A program made the position numbers and the translations under genes. A DNA stretch of 64,000 bases from a bacterium (GTDB lineage: Bacteria; Patescibacteriota; Minisyncoccia; 2-02-FULL-40-12; IGHO2-12-FULL-4), in NCBI GenBank assembly GCA_030647955.1, contig JAUSIQ010000004.1:36533-100532 (forward strand). The letters are read 5' to 3'. Of this stretch, positions 8,832-17,200 are shown piece after piece; within the stretch, counting starts at the first letter, position 1, and each line of letters starts with the position of its first letter. Below the pieces are notes generated by a model. That model was not told the DNA's origin, did no database searches, and saw only the letters and a list, made by a program, of their open reading frames with translations.

Positions 8832-10700
8832 CTAATTATGAATAAATGCGTTGAGTGCTTTGCGCGTTATCTCTCCAAAATAGCCGGAGACTGGCCGCAC
8901 ACTGTATTTTTCTTGAAGTCTTTTCACTGCCTCGCGGGTAATATGGCCAAAATAACCCGTAATTAAGTCCGCGGAATAGTTAACCTCGTTGACTAAAAGG
9001 ACCTGGAGCTGTTTGACGTCGTGGCCGATGGAGCCGAGAGTGAGATCTCTGGAGAAACCAGCCAAATTTTCGTTATAAGGCGAGAATGAAGAAGAGGCAG
9101 TTGAAGAACTGTAAGTTACAGTATTGGACTCTGTGCCGATGGAAGAAGAAGAACAAGTATAGTTACTATTACAACCCAAAACCTTATATTTATAGGAATA
9201 ACCATTAACAAAGGCTTCGTCCCCCACTGAACCCCAGGCATGCGTGTCGTTATAAGTATAAGTAGAGCCGTTCTTTAAAGTAGAACCAATCCACACACCA
9301 CAGGCACCAGTTGAAAAATCTCCTCCGTTGACACTCCTATAGACACAGTACAGTGGTGCCCCTGAATCCGGCCAGCTTAAGGTGATTTTTCCAGTACCGA
9401 GAGTAGCTGTTACCGAAGAGGGTGGGTTGTAAGTAACAGGTGTGGGTGTCGGTGTCGGTGTCGGTAAGGCCGGCATAGAGGCCTGTATGGTATATTTAAC
9501 GTTTTGGTTCACGCAATCGATGACATATCCATCGAGCGGAAATTCAGACTGAAGAATATCTACGGTTCCACTGGTAATGGGAGATTTGGGACATGGGGTA
9601 GTGCCATTTTTAGGACTACCTCCCCATATGAATCCTCCGTTGGATTTGTTCACTAAGAATTCACTAAGGCCATCGGGGTCACTGAGTGTTAGAGAATACT
9701 TTACGTTGTCATACTGACCGACAAATAACCGTTCAGCCGCGAGAGAGCTGTTGCTGGGATTGCTAACTGGGGTCGGAGTTGGAACTGGGGTAGAAGTTGA
9801 TGTGGGAGTGGGAGTGGGAGTGGGAGTGGGAGTGGGAGTATGTGATGTAGAAGCCGTAGTCGAAGGGACTGATGACGTTGTGACGGGTGAAGGGGTAAGA
9901 CTGGGAGAGATACTTATGGTCGGTGTCGGAGAAAATGATAAAGAAGCAGTTGGCGATGGCGAATAAGTTACGGTGGGAGTAACAGTGGGGATAGGAGTTG
10001 AAGCTGGATTGACCGTAGAACACTGCCCCACCGTGTCTCCATGGGCGAAGTGTGCTTTGATGGCCGAGGCATCAATGGTGATAGTATTGGCTTCCAGGGG
10101 ATTACCTGACGGATAATGACAGATAACAACTTTACCCACTTCTTTGATGGCGGCATTGGCATCAAGTTTTTCTTCCATTGATGGCTTATGGCCCGGGTTA
10201 ATTCTTTGATAATCAGGAACATCTTTAACGGTATTAAAAGAACTGCCCTTCTGATACCAGTTGAATTCCTTGTTGTTAATACAAAAGACTTTTTTGAAAA
10301 AGTCGGGGTCGTCTTTGACGGCCTGCTCTCCAGTGGTGTTCACCCAGCGGAGCTTGCCGGTATCTTCCCCGCTGATATCTACGCCATAAACTTTGGAGTC
10401 TTTACTCTCGCAATCACGGAAGAGACCAGAGGTGGGGAAGGCCTCCTTTACTTCCTTAGAAACCAATTTTACATTGAAGAACCCTCCCAGATGACCGTAA
10501 AACTTGAAAATCTCGGGATTGAGGAATAAACGCTTGTAGCCCTGGTCATTGATGATGAAGACATCCGGGTCATCGGAGAAGATAGCGCTGATTAAATCGC
10601 CGTCTTTCAAAGCATAATCTGATGGATTAACTGCGAGGACTAGTTCCGTGCTGAAGATCACTAAGAAAAATAATCCCAGAGCCAAGAGTGTTTTGTTCAT
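8832..10700 (-). CDS. Secreted cell-surface protein: signal peptide, conserved N-terminal domain, Thr/Pro-rich linkers, C-terminal putative peptidoglycan-binding (PG_binding_1-like) domain
   Basis: MNKTLLALGLFFLVIFSTELVLA signal peptide. PTPTPTPTPTPT linkers. C-terminal GHDVKQLQVLL...GYFGHITREAVKRLQEKY...GYFGEITRKAL repeats. The N-terminal domain is a paralog of the C-terminal domain of the 41007..42842 protein. Confidence 0.6.
   Translation of the reverse strand: MNKTLLALGLFFLVIFSTELVLAVNPSDYALKDGDLISAIFSDDPDVFIINDQGYKRLFLNPEIFKFYGHLGGFFNVKLVSKEVKEAFPTSGLFRDCESKDSKVYGVDISGEDTGKLRWVNTTGEQAVKDDPDFFKKVFCINNKEFNWYQKGSSFNTVKDVPDYQRINPGHKPSMEEKLDANAAIKEVGKVVICHYPSGNPLEANTITIDASAIKAHFAHGDTVGQCSTVNPASTPIPTVTPTVTYSPSPTASLSFSPTPTISISPSLTPSPVTTSSVPSTTASTSHTPTPTPTPTPTPTSTSTPVPTPTPVSNPSNSSLAAERLFVGQYDNVKYSLTLSDPDGLSEFLVNKSNGGFIWGGSPKNGTTPCPKSPITSGTVDILQSEFPLDGYVIDCVNQNVKYTIQASMPALPTPTPTPTPVTYNPPSSVTATLGTGKITLSWPDSGAPLYCVYRSVNGGDFSTGACGVWIGSTLKNGSTYTYNDTHAWGSVGDEAFVNGYSYKYKVLGCNSNYTCSSSSIGTESNTVTYSSSTASSSFSPYNENLAGFSRDLTLGSIGHDVKQLQVLLVNEVNYSADLITGYFGHITREAVKRLQEKYSVRPVSGYFGEITRKALNAFIHN
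9800..9842 (-). repeat. Coding hexanucleotide microsatellite (GGGAGT)n encoding the (PT)n linker
   Basis: gggagtgggagtgggagtgggagtgggagt on the + strand, inside a CDS. Confidence 0.9.
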
Positions 10701-10767
10701 GTTCTTAATTATAATTCTAACGAGATATAATAAAAAATAAAGTTATAGACAGGCTTGAAATTTAAAA

Positions 10768-10790
10768 ACCGTGAAAATTTTCACGGTCAG
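10768..10790 (-). terminator. Rho-independent terminator after the GHMP kinase gene
   Basis: Perfect palindrome CCGTGAAAATTTTCACGG followed by a T-run on the minus strand. Confidence 0.55.
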
Positions 10791-11779
10791 TAGGGATTGA
10801 AATGGATTGCTTTGCTTCCACCACAATCAAATCCAAAAGGGACAGAGATCAGGTTTTTTAGTTTTTCTTTGACTTGTTCTTGGAGTTCGGGTTTAATAAA
10901 AAAAAGCATAAATCCACCGCTTCCTGCTCCTAATAATTTTCCACCTAAGGCGCCAGCTTGTTTAGCGGCAGCATAGACCTCGTCAATTATAGAGGTGGTG
11001 ATATTTGAAGCCAGGGTGCGTTTAATTTTCCAAGCCTCATCCAGTAACTGACCGAAGTCTTCCATGTTGGCGTTGCTTGTTAGGATGTGGGCGCCCTCTT
11101 CGACCATTTGGAATAATTCTAAAAGTTCAGTTTTATTTTGAGAAACATTTCTAATCTGTTCTTGGGCAATCACCGATGCTTCTCGAGGAAAATTCACGAA
11201 GAAGAGCATGAGATGATTTCTGAATAGATTTAATCGGGGAGCGGAGAGGATAAGGGGGGAGACTCGAAAAATATCTGGTCCTCCGAAATCGATACGATTA
11301 AATCCTCCAAAAGCTGCTATGGTCTGATCTTGCGATCCGACGTTTTCTTTAATAATCTTTTGTTCAATGTGGATAGCTTCCATGGCTAATTGTCTCGGAT
11401 TGATTATTTCTCCCTTGAGACCGTGCAGGGCTTTTAGCAGTCCGACAGTGAAAGCAGAGCTAGAACCCAATCCTGCTCTCCCGGGAAGATCGGCAAAATA
11501 ACTAATGCCCAAGTGTCTATCATTACCGAGATATCTAATCACTTCACGGGCGGAAGGATGTTTAATGTCATCGATCTTTTGAGCTTTTTCCAATTCAGAG
11601 TAGGCAATCCAAAAACGATAGTCCGTGGTAAATGGTTTAGAAAAGTTACAGGTAATATAGCAGTATTGATCGATGGCAGTAGAAATTACTGCTCCAGGAC
11701 CATAGTTTTCATACCAGGCGGGATAATCAGTCCCGCCTCCTAAAAAGGAGATACGGAACGGAGTGCGGGTGACGATCAT
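10787..11779 (-). CDS. GHMP-family sugar kinase (HddA/fucokinase-like)
   Basis: PGRAGLGSSSAFTVGLL is the GHMP ATP-binding motif. 330 aa. Confidence 0.75.
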   Translation of the reverse strand: MIVTRTPFRISFLGGGTDYPAWYENYGPGAVISTAIDQYCYITCNFSKPFTTDYRFWIAYSELEKAQKIDDIKHPSAREVIRYLGNDRHLGISYFADLPGRAGLGSSSAFTVGLLKALHGLKGEIINPRQLAMEAIHIEQKIIKENVGSQDQTIAAFGGFNRIDFGGPDIFRVSPLILSAPRLNLFRNHLMLFFVNFPREASVIAQEQIRNVSQNKTELLELFQMVEEGAHILTSNANMEDFGQLLDEAWKIKRTLASNITTSIIDEVYAAAKQAGALGGKLLGAGSGGFMLFFIKPELQEQVKEKLKNLISVPFGFDCGGSKAIHFNPY

Positions 11780-11863
11780 CCTAGCCTCGATTTTTAAAGT
11801 CCTTTATTTTTTTTTACAACAAAGAAAAATAAAATGGAAGTTGGCAAAGGGAAAAAAGATGGT

Positions 11864-13198
11864 CTAGTTTTTAGCGCGCCAGTTTTTTAATTGACGATGA
11901 ATAGACAGAACCCAAGAGCGGGGCAAAATGGATTTTGCCACGTTTCTTAAATACTGACGGATGATTTTAATAGCTTCGGAAATCTGCCATAAAATAAATT
12001 CTCCTCTGAGCATAGGCCAGAGCTCGCGCAGACTGCGAGGGTTTTTGCGCGTGATGATTTCTTGTAGAAATTTTTTGCGGACACAGAGATAATGAACGGG
12101 TCCGGATAAGAAATTCCAAGTCAGAGTAAGCCGCGGATTGTTTTCAAGAACCTTCAGACAAGTATTGATCCAATGCGGGTCATCGTACTGTTCGCCAGGA
12201 GGGCAGATAAAAATATATTCTCCTCGAGATTTTTCTAGGGCTTCGTTAATAGCCATAACACCATTGTTGGTGATTACCACGTGCTCAAAATTTCTATAAG
12301 ATTGTTTGGCGAGACTCTCTTTCGTTTTAGCCAACCTGATTCCGTCCAGATCAGTCCAACTTATTATTGAGGCTTTTGGAATACGAGTATCCCAGGCGGG
12401 GTCGAATTTTTCCTGTACGGCTAGAAGCTTCAAGCAATGATCGTAACTGATGGTGGGGAAGGGGGTATAAAGGCTTTGTTCCGAACAGTTCAATATTTCA
12501 ATTGGTTTTATGGAATGGGTCCGGTAGATATGGTGAATAGTGGGTGGTACTACCGGATTGAAGAATTGGTTAGTGTCACGGATCAGGGCAGTCACTGGTT
12601 CGGAGCCGTATTCTTGGGGGCGATAGTAGGTCTCCGTACCCTTCAGGGTGGCCCCATCCGCGCCAAAGAGGATGATTTTGGATGCTCCGCCGACCGTGGC
12701 GAGGTAAATTAATTGGGCGAGGGTGTTACCAATCATAAAATGCAATGGATGGGTGATATTGGGCACGCCCTGGCTTCGACTAATGCCGATAAAAAGCAAC
12801 TTGGGATCATATCGGTGGATAAAGTTTTCCAAACTAAAATCGGGACCGAGTAGTTCCGGTTGGCTTTCAAAGAAGGAAGAGGTGAACATGTTTTCATCGC
12901 TACGGTGGAGAAACTCCTCAATCTTGTCAATGACAGGCGGCAATCCGCGATTGATGCCGGCCATCACCACCGAAAAATGCTTGTTTATTTTCTGTAAAAT
13001 ATGGTTCTCCTGGACGAAAAAAGTGTTCATTCCAAAATAGCAGATGTCTGCTTCGCGCAGTTCTCCGATTCTTTTTTCCAGCTCATTAATAGACGGTCCG
13101 GCGGCTAAAATAGCTACGGGGCGACCGTTAATGATTTTTCGAAGATGGGCGAGACGCTTTTCGGTAAATGGCAAATAATCGGGAGAGTTGAAATTCAT
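11864..13198 (-). CDS. DUF115 / motility-accessory-factor (Maf)-like protein, putative nonulosonic-acid transferase, with a degenerate GT2-like C-terminal region
   Basis: RPVAILAAGPSINELEKRI resembles the MptE-like/DUF115 GxGPS motif. The C-terminal segment YRNFEHVVITNNG...GEYIFICPPGEQYDD is GT2-like. Confidence 0.5.
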   Translation of the reverse strand: MNFNSPDYLPFTEKRLAHLRKIINGRPVAILAAGPSINELEKRIGELREADICYFGMNTFFVQENHILQKINKHFSVVMAGINRGLPPVIDKIEEFLHRSDENMFTSSFFESQPELLGPDFSLENFIHRYDPKLLFIGISRSQGVPNITHPLHFMIGNTLAQLIYLATVGGASKIILFGADGATLKGTETYYRPQEYGSEPVTALIRDTNQFFNPVVPPTIHHIYRTHSIKPIEILNCSEQSLYTPFPTISYDHCLKLLAVQEKFDPAWDTRIPKASIISWTDLDGIRLAKTKESLAKQSYRNFEHVVITNNGVMAINEALEKSRGEYIFICPPGEQYDDPHWINTCLKVLENNPRLTLTWNFLSGPVHYLCVRKKFLQEIITRKNPRSLRELWPMLRGEFILWQISEAIKIIRQYLRNVAKSILPRSWVLSIHRQLKNWRAKN

Positions 13199-13204
13199 AG
13201 TAGT

Positions 13205-14146
13205 CTAGGCTTTAGAGGCGACGATAAAGATGTTGGAGGTTATGCGGTGATGGGACAATATATCTTTGTATTTCTGATCAGCATCTTGGATAAGCTGATT
13301 TATCTCCCGACTAGCTTTGGGAGAAAACCCAGAAAAGTTAATTTGAGGCTGGGAAAGACCGAAAGATGAATTAGACTGAGGGGCGTTATTAAAATACCAG
13401 AAGAAGTGATTGAAAAAATTATAGTCCTGCAGAAAATACATTTTATCGATTTTAAAACCCGCTTTTTGACAAAGCTTTTTCAAGCTTTTTGGAGAAAAAT
13501 AGAAGGTATGGGCATCGTGAAAGTAAAATTTACGATAAGCATCCGCCGGCCATAAACTTAGCAGGGCGTCGTGAAGATTGGGAACCTCAATAAACACCTT
13601 TCCGCTAGGGCTTAAAAGATCTTTAGCTTTAGCTAAAAATTGAAGTGGGTTTTGGATGTGCTCTAATGTCTGAAAAGCGGCGATATAATCGAATTTTTTT
13701 TCTTGGAAGTCACAATTTTCCAATGGATCGGTTTTAACCTCAAGGCCGAATTTTTTTTGCACATACCGGGCGCAATGCGTATCCAGTTCTACGCCCGCGC
13801 ACATTTTAAATCGGTCTTTTACTTGAGAAATAAATTGACCAGCCGAACAACCCACCTCCAGGAATGTTTTTTTCTTGCTAAAGAATCTTTTAATAATTCT
13901 TAATCTGTCTCCCTGGAAATTTTTTTCAGTTCTAAATATACCCTCTGGTTTAGAATTTGGTTTTTCTAAATTATTGCTGTGATTTTTTCGGTAATCTTCA
14001 GTGTAATATTGTTTGACGTTAATCTTTTTCTCCTCCAAGATTCCTAATTGGCAAGATGGACAATGAAATACGCGTCGAGATGTACCATCCCGTAGTTGCT
14101 TGGTAAGGATATTCAGTTTGGGCTGCTGACATATAAGACAGATCAT
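13205..14146 (-). CDS. Class I SAM-dependent methyltransferase with N-terminal zinc-ribbon (sugar C/O-methyltransferase-like)
   Basis: CLICQQP...HCPSCQLG zinc ribbon. FLEVGCSAGQF SAM motif I. Confidence 0.7.
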   Translation of the reverse strand: MICLICQQPKLNILTKQLRDGTSRRVFHCPSCQLGILEEKKINVKQYYTEDYRKNHSNNLEKPNSKPEGIFRTEKNFQGDRLRIIKRFFSKKKTFLEVGCSAGQFISQVKDRFKMCAGVELDTHCARYVQKKFGLEVKTDPLENCDFQEKKFDYIAAFQTLEHIQNPLQFLAKAKDLLSPSGKVFIEVPNLHDALLSLWPADAYRKFYFHDAHTFYFSPKSLKKLCQKAGFKIDKMYFLQDYNFFNHFFWYFNNAPQSNSSFGLSQPQINFSGFSPKASREINQLIQDADQKYKDILSHHRITSNIFIVASKA

Positions 14147-14349
14147 ATGCGATGTCTCTTAAAATGCTTTTTTAGGTAAGTTAAAAGGAGGCTGCCTTTA
14201 GTGGCAATTTCATATTCCAAATATTCAAAGTCTTCGGGTAAGTCGATTTCGATAATAGGCGGCATGAGGAAGGGAAGAATTTTATTTCCGTAAACTTTAC
14301 GTTTGTCGGAATAGGGGAGGTAATCTTTGGAGAAGAAATTTAGTTGCAT
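14143..14349 (-). CDS. Small protein (68 aa); its N-terminal 16 aa resemble the N-terminus of the Maf-like protein
   Basis: Own promoter TTGTTA-N17-TATACT with ATG 6 nt downstream, so the mRNA is leaderless. Start/stop overlap with the methyltransferase gene is ATGA. NFFSKDYLPYSDKRKV aligns with NFNSPDYLPFTEKRLA. Confidence 0.4.
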   Translation of the reverse strand: MQLNFFSKDYLPYSDKRKVYGNKILPFLMPPIIEIDLPEDFEYLEYEIATKGSLLLTYLKKHFKRHRI

Positions 14350-14379
14350 CGAAAACAGTATACTATGCTAAGCAATTTG

Positions 14380-14410
14380 TAACAATGCTGAATAAAAAAA
14401 CTCCGCCGGG
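14380..14410 (-). terminator. Rho-independent terminator after the cytidylyltransferase gene
   Basis: Minus strand reads AAACTCCCCGGCGGAGTTTTTTTATT. Confidence 0.55.
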
Positions 14411-14425
14411 GAGTTTTGCTCTAGG

Positions 14426-15169
14426 CTACTGCTTTGATGAATAGTTACTGGATAAGTAACGCCAAAGTGGTCCTGGATCTCGGTTTAGCTCGAACTCTAA
14501 GAATTCCCAATCGCGAGGGTTGTCTGCCTCTGTGGCGTGAGAGGTGGAAAAGCCCAAGATTTTCAGACCAAATGCGGTTTGGTTATTAAGAAGAAATTCC
14601 TGGCGAACAATATCCACGTAACCATTGGGAATATACGCCTTGGGAAATAATTGTCTTGGGAGGCTGTGATATTCTGGGCGGGGATCGTCAGGAAAATATC
14701 CCGAAAAAAATCCTTGGGCATCGATGTGAAACATCTTTTGGGGTGGTTCTGCCGCTTCATGCCCGGAACGAAGAGAATCAGCCTGAGGGTTGACGAGGAA
14801 CTGTTTGGTAGCTTCATCGATTATCGTTGGGTCACGAAAAGGAGTGGTGGGTCTTAAATATACCCAGGTCGTAGGCGCCGTATCGTTTTCAGTAAACCAC
14901 TCTGCCGCATGCCTCAAGGGCGGAAAATCAGCTGAAGAATCTTGGGCAAATTCACTCGGTCTTAAAAATGGAGTCTCTGCTCCAAAGCTTCTGGCAATGA
15001 TCGCAATTTCCTCGGAGTCGGTAGAAACAATCGTGCGGGTGATTTTTTTGGAAAGGCGAGAGGCGATAATCGAGTAGGCGATGAGCGGAAATCCGCCTAG
15101 AAGTTTTATATTTTTTTTGGGAATGGCCTTTGATCCAATGCGAGCGGGAATAAGGGAATAAGTTCCCAT
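14426..15169 (-). CDS. Acylneuraminate (nonulosonate/ulosonate) cytidylyltransferase, CMP-sugar synthetase family (NeuA/KdsB-like)
   Basis: MGTYSLIPARIGSKAIPKKNIKLLGGFPLIAYSI N-terminal signature of CTP_transf_3. Confidence 0.75.
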   Translation of the reverse strand: MGTYSLIPARIGSKAIPKKNIKLLGGFPLIAYSIIASRLSKKITRTIVSTDSEEIAIIARSFGAETPFLRPSEFAQDSSADFPPLRHAAEWFTENDTAPTTWVYLRPTTPFRDPTIIDEATKQFLVNPQADSLRSGHEAAEPPQKMFHIDAQGFFSGYFPDDPRPEYHSLPRQLFPKAYIPNGYVDIVRQEFLLNNQTAFGLKILGFSTSHATEADNPRDWEFLEFELNRDPGPLWRYLSSNYSSKQ

Positions 15170-15214
15170 ATCGTAAACTCCTTTTTAAAGTTGCTGACCT
15201 AGTTGTAAACTTTT

Positions 15215-15245
15215 GGTTTACTATTGTCAATTAAAAACCTCGCCA
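15215..15245 (-). terminator. Rho-independent terminator after the NeuB-like gene, followed by the TTGACA-N17-TACAAC promoter of the cytidylyltransferase gene
   Basis: Minus strand reads AACCTCGCCCTGGCGAGGTTTTTAA. Confidence 0.5.
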
Positions 15246-15253
15246 GGGCGAGG

Positions 15254-16129
15254 TTACAGAGTTTTCTTTCTTCGAAGTTTTTTCTCAATAGGTAACTCAG
15301 AGGCTAGTACGATTTTTTCGGCCTTACCAAGATATGCAGGTAAGGCTCTAATTTCAGTTGCTAAGCGGCCCATGCCCCCTACTTCCAGGCTGGCGGCTTG
15401 GTCCGAGCCCCACATGGCTCGATCAAGAGTAATGTGGCGTTCAACAACACAAGCTCCCAGGGCGGCTGCCACTAGGGAAGGATACGCTCCTACTTCATGA
15501 CCGGAATAACCGATCGGTACTCTCGGATATTTTTTAATGAGTCTCGGAATGTTGGCTAAATTCAATTCCGAAGGATCTGCCGGGTAAGTGGAGGTGCAGT
15601 GCAAAATTACCAATCCCTCTTCTCCTAACAAACTGACCATGCGTTCAATCGCCTGATCGTCCGCCATACCAGTAGAAAGAATTATGGGGCGGCCCTTTGA
15701 TCTGACGTGGATTAAAAGGTCTTTGTCCAGGTTACAGGCCGAAGCGATTTTGTAGCAAGGAGGATTGTAGAAATCTAAGAAATCAACACTAGCTTCATCC
15801 CAAGGAGAGGCAAACCACAAAATTCCTTTTTCTTCGCAATAAGCATCAATTTCATCATACTGCTCTTCGCTAAATTCCAAGCCCCGCTTGAGGTCGCCAT
15901 TGGTGGGACCAAAAGGATTTTCGCGCGGACGAGCCAGCTCTTCCGGTGTGTAAACCACATCCACCGTTCTCTTTTGAAATTTCACCGCATCCCATCCGGC
16001 CTTTACGGCCTCATCAATTAATCTCTTGGCAATATTGATATCGCCGTTATGATTGATGCCAATTTCACCAATAAGAAAACACGGTTGGCCCGGGCCAACT
16101 AATTTATTTCCGATCCATACAGTACCCAT
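15254..16129 (-). CDS. NeuB-family nonulosonic-acid (sialic/Kdn/legionaminic-type) synthase
   Basis: GQPCFLIGEIGINHNGDINIAKRLIDEAVKAGWDAVKFQKRT is the NeuB TIM-barrel signature. 291 aa, so it lacks the C-terminal SAF domain. Confidence 0.8.
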   Translation of the reverse strand: MGTVWIGNKLVGPGQPCFLIGEIGINHNGDINIAKRLIDEAVKAGWDAVKFQKRTVDVVYTPEELARPRENPFGPTNGDLKRGLEFSEEQYDEIDAYCEEKGILWFASPWDEASVDFLDFYNPPCYKIASACNLDKDLLIHVRSKGRPIILSTGMADDQAIERMVSLLGEEGLVILHCTSTYPADPSELNLANIPRLIKKYPRVPIGYSGHEVGAYPSLVAAALGACVVERHITLDRAMWGSDQAASLEVGGMGRLATEIRALPAYLGKAEKIVLASELPIEKKLRRKKTL

Positions 16130-16202
16130 GTCGTCACCTCGAATTTTTCAACGATCTTTTTCGATTGTACGAAAGTATCCGGCCTTATCAATATTGACGA
16201 AA

Positions 16203-16228
16203 TATAAAACCGGTTCAGAGTGAACCGG
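16203..16228 (-). terminator. Rho-independent terminator after the AKR gene, followed by the TTGATA-N16-TACAAT promoter of the NeuB-like gene
   Basis: Minus strand reads AACCGGTTCACTCTGAACCGGTTTTATATTT. Confidence 0.5.
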
Positions 16229-17182
16229 TTAAGAAGAGAGTGGAGGCCAATGGGCGGGATCAACCTGCCTTGGATCATCAATAGCCAGCAACCTCAGCTG
16301 AGATAAAATTTCCTCCCAAAGAGGGCCGGGGGAGGCGGCATTGACCGCAGCCTTTAAGTGCCCGACTTTATTGGTCCCAATCAACGAAGAAGCAATGCGA
16401 TTTTCAGAGGCGACGAAGCAAATAGCCAGTTGTGGTAGGCTCATGCGATGCTTTTTGGCAATCTTTTCCGCTATAGCAGAGTGCTCTTTGAGTTTTTCAA
16501 GACTTGGAGGGAGTTGGTGCACCAAGGGAGTTAGTGATCCTTTTAATAAAACAGAGCGATTAATCACTCCAATATTATTGCGATGCGCTTCGGCTAAAAC
16601 TTCTTTAGCCATTCGCTGATCAAGAATACTATAAGCTACCTGGATAACATCAAAGAAGCCCGTCCTCACGGCTGCCAAGGGGGCTTCTTCACCCCTTGTG
16701 CTAATGCCGGTGTATCTAATTTTACCTTTGTCTTTAAGGTTTTGTAGGATGTCAATCAGTAAACCACTCTCAATTTGCCCTCGAGATCCACCATGAAGAT
16801 AAAGCAGTGGCAGAGAATCTAATTGTAGTTTTCTTAGACTATCTTCCACTTGTTCTTCAATCCTTTTTTGAATCTCGAGAGGTTCGAGTAATTCTCCTTG
16901 TTCTAGGAATTGACCGCATTTGGTTCCCACTAATACGCCTTTTATTTTGGCGATGCCCGATCTCCCAATGCGCTCTTCGGCCAGTTGATAAAAGTTAGCC
17001 GTGTCGAAATAGGTAATGCCCAAATCTACGGCGGTATTAAGAATGTTCTCTGCTTCCTCTTCGGTCGGTAAAGAACGAGAACCAATACCATAAGCAAAGC
17101 CGATTTCTGCTGTTCCGAGGCCAATTCTAGAAATTTTATACTCAGTTCTTCCTAGATGTCGGTAGTTTCCACAGTGGCCCAT
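16229..17182 (-). CDS. Aldo/keto reductase
   Basis: AKR-family N-terminus IGLGTAEIGFAYG. 317 aa. Confidence 0.8.
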   Translation of the reverse strand: MGHCGNYRHLGRTEYKISRIGLGTAEIGFAYGIGSRSLPTEEEAENILNTAVDLGITYFDTANFYQLAEERIGRSGIAKIKGVLVGTKCGQFLEQGELLEPLEIQKRIEEQVEDSLRKLQLDSLPLLYLHGGSRGQIESGLLIDILQNLKDKGKIRYTGISTRGEEAPLAAVRTGFFDVIQVAYSILDQRMAKEVLAEAHRNNIGVINRSVLLKGSLTPLVHQLPPSLEKLKEHSAIAEKIAKKHRMSLPQLAICFVASENRIASSLIGTNKVGHLKAAVNAASPGPLWEEILSQLRLLAIDDPRQVDPAHWPPLSS

Positions 17183-17200
17183 CTTATTCTCCTTTCATGT

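Noticed and set aside
9800-9842. Tandem GGGAGT hexamer repeats (and similar at 42366-42420) that could be mistaken for a CRISPR-like or satellite array
   Set aside because: They are in-frame within long ORFs and encode (PT)n linkers. There is no spacer-repeat periodicity of 25-40 nt. This is a coding microsatellite, not CRISPR.
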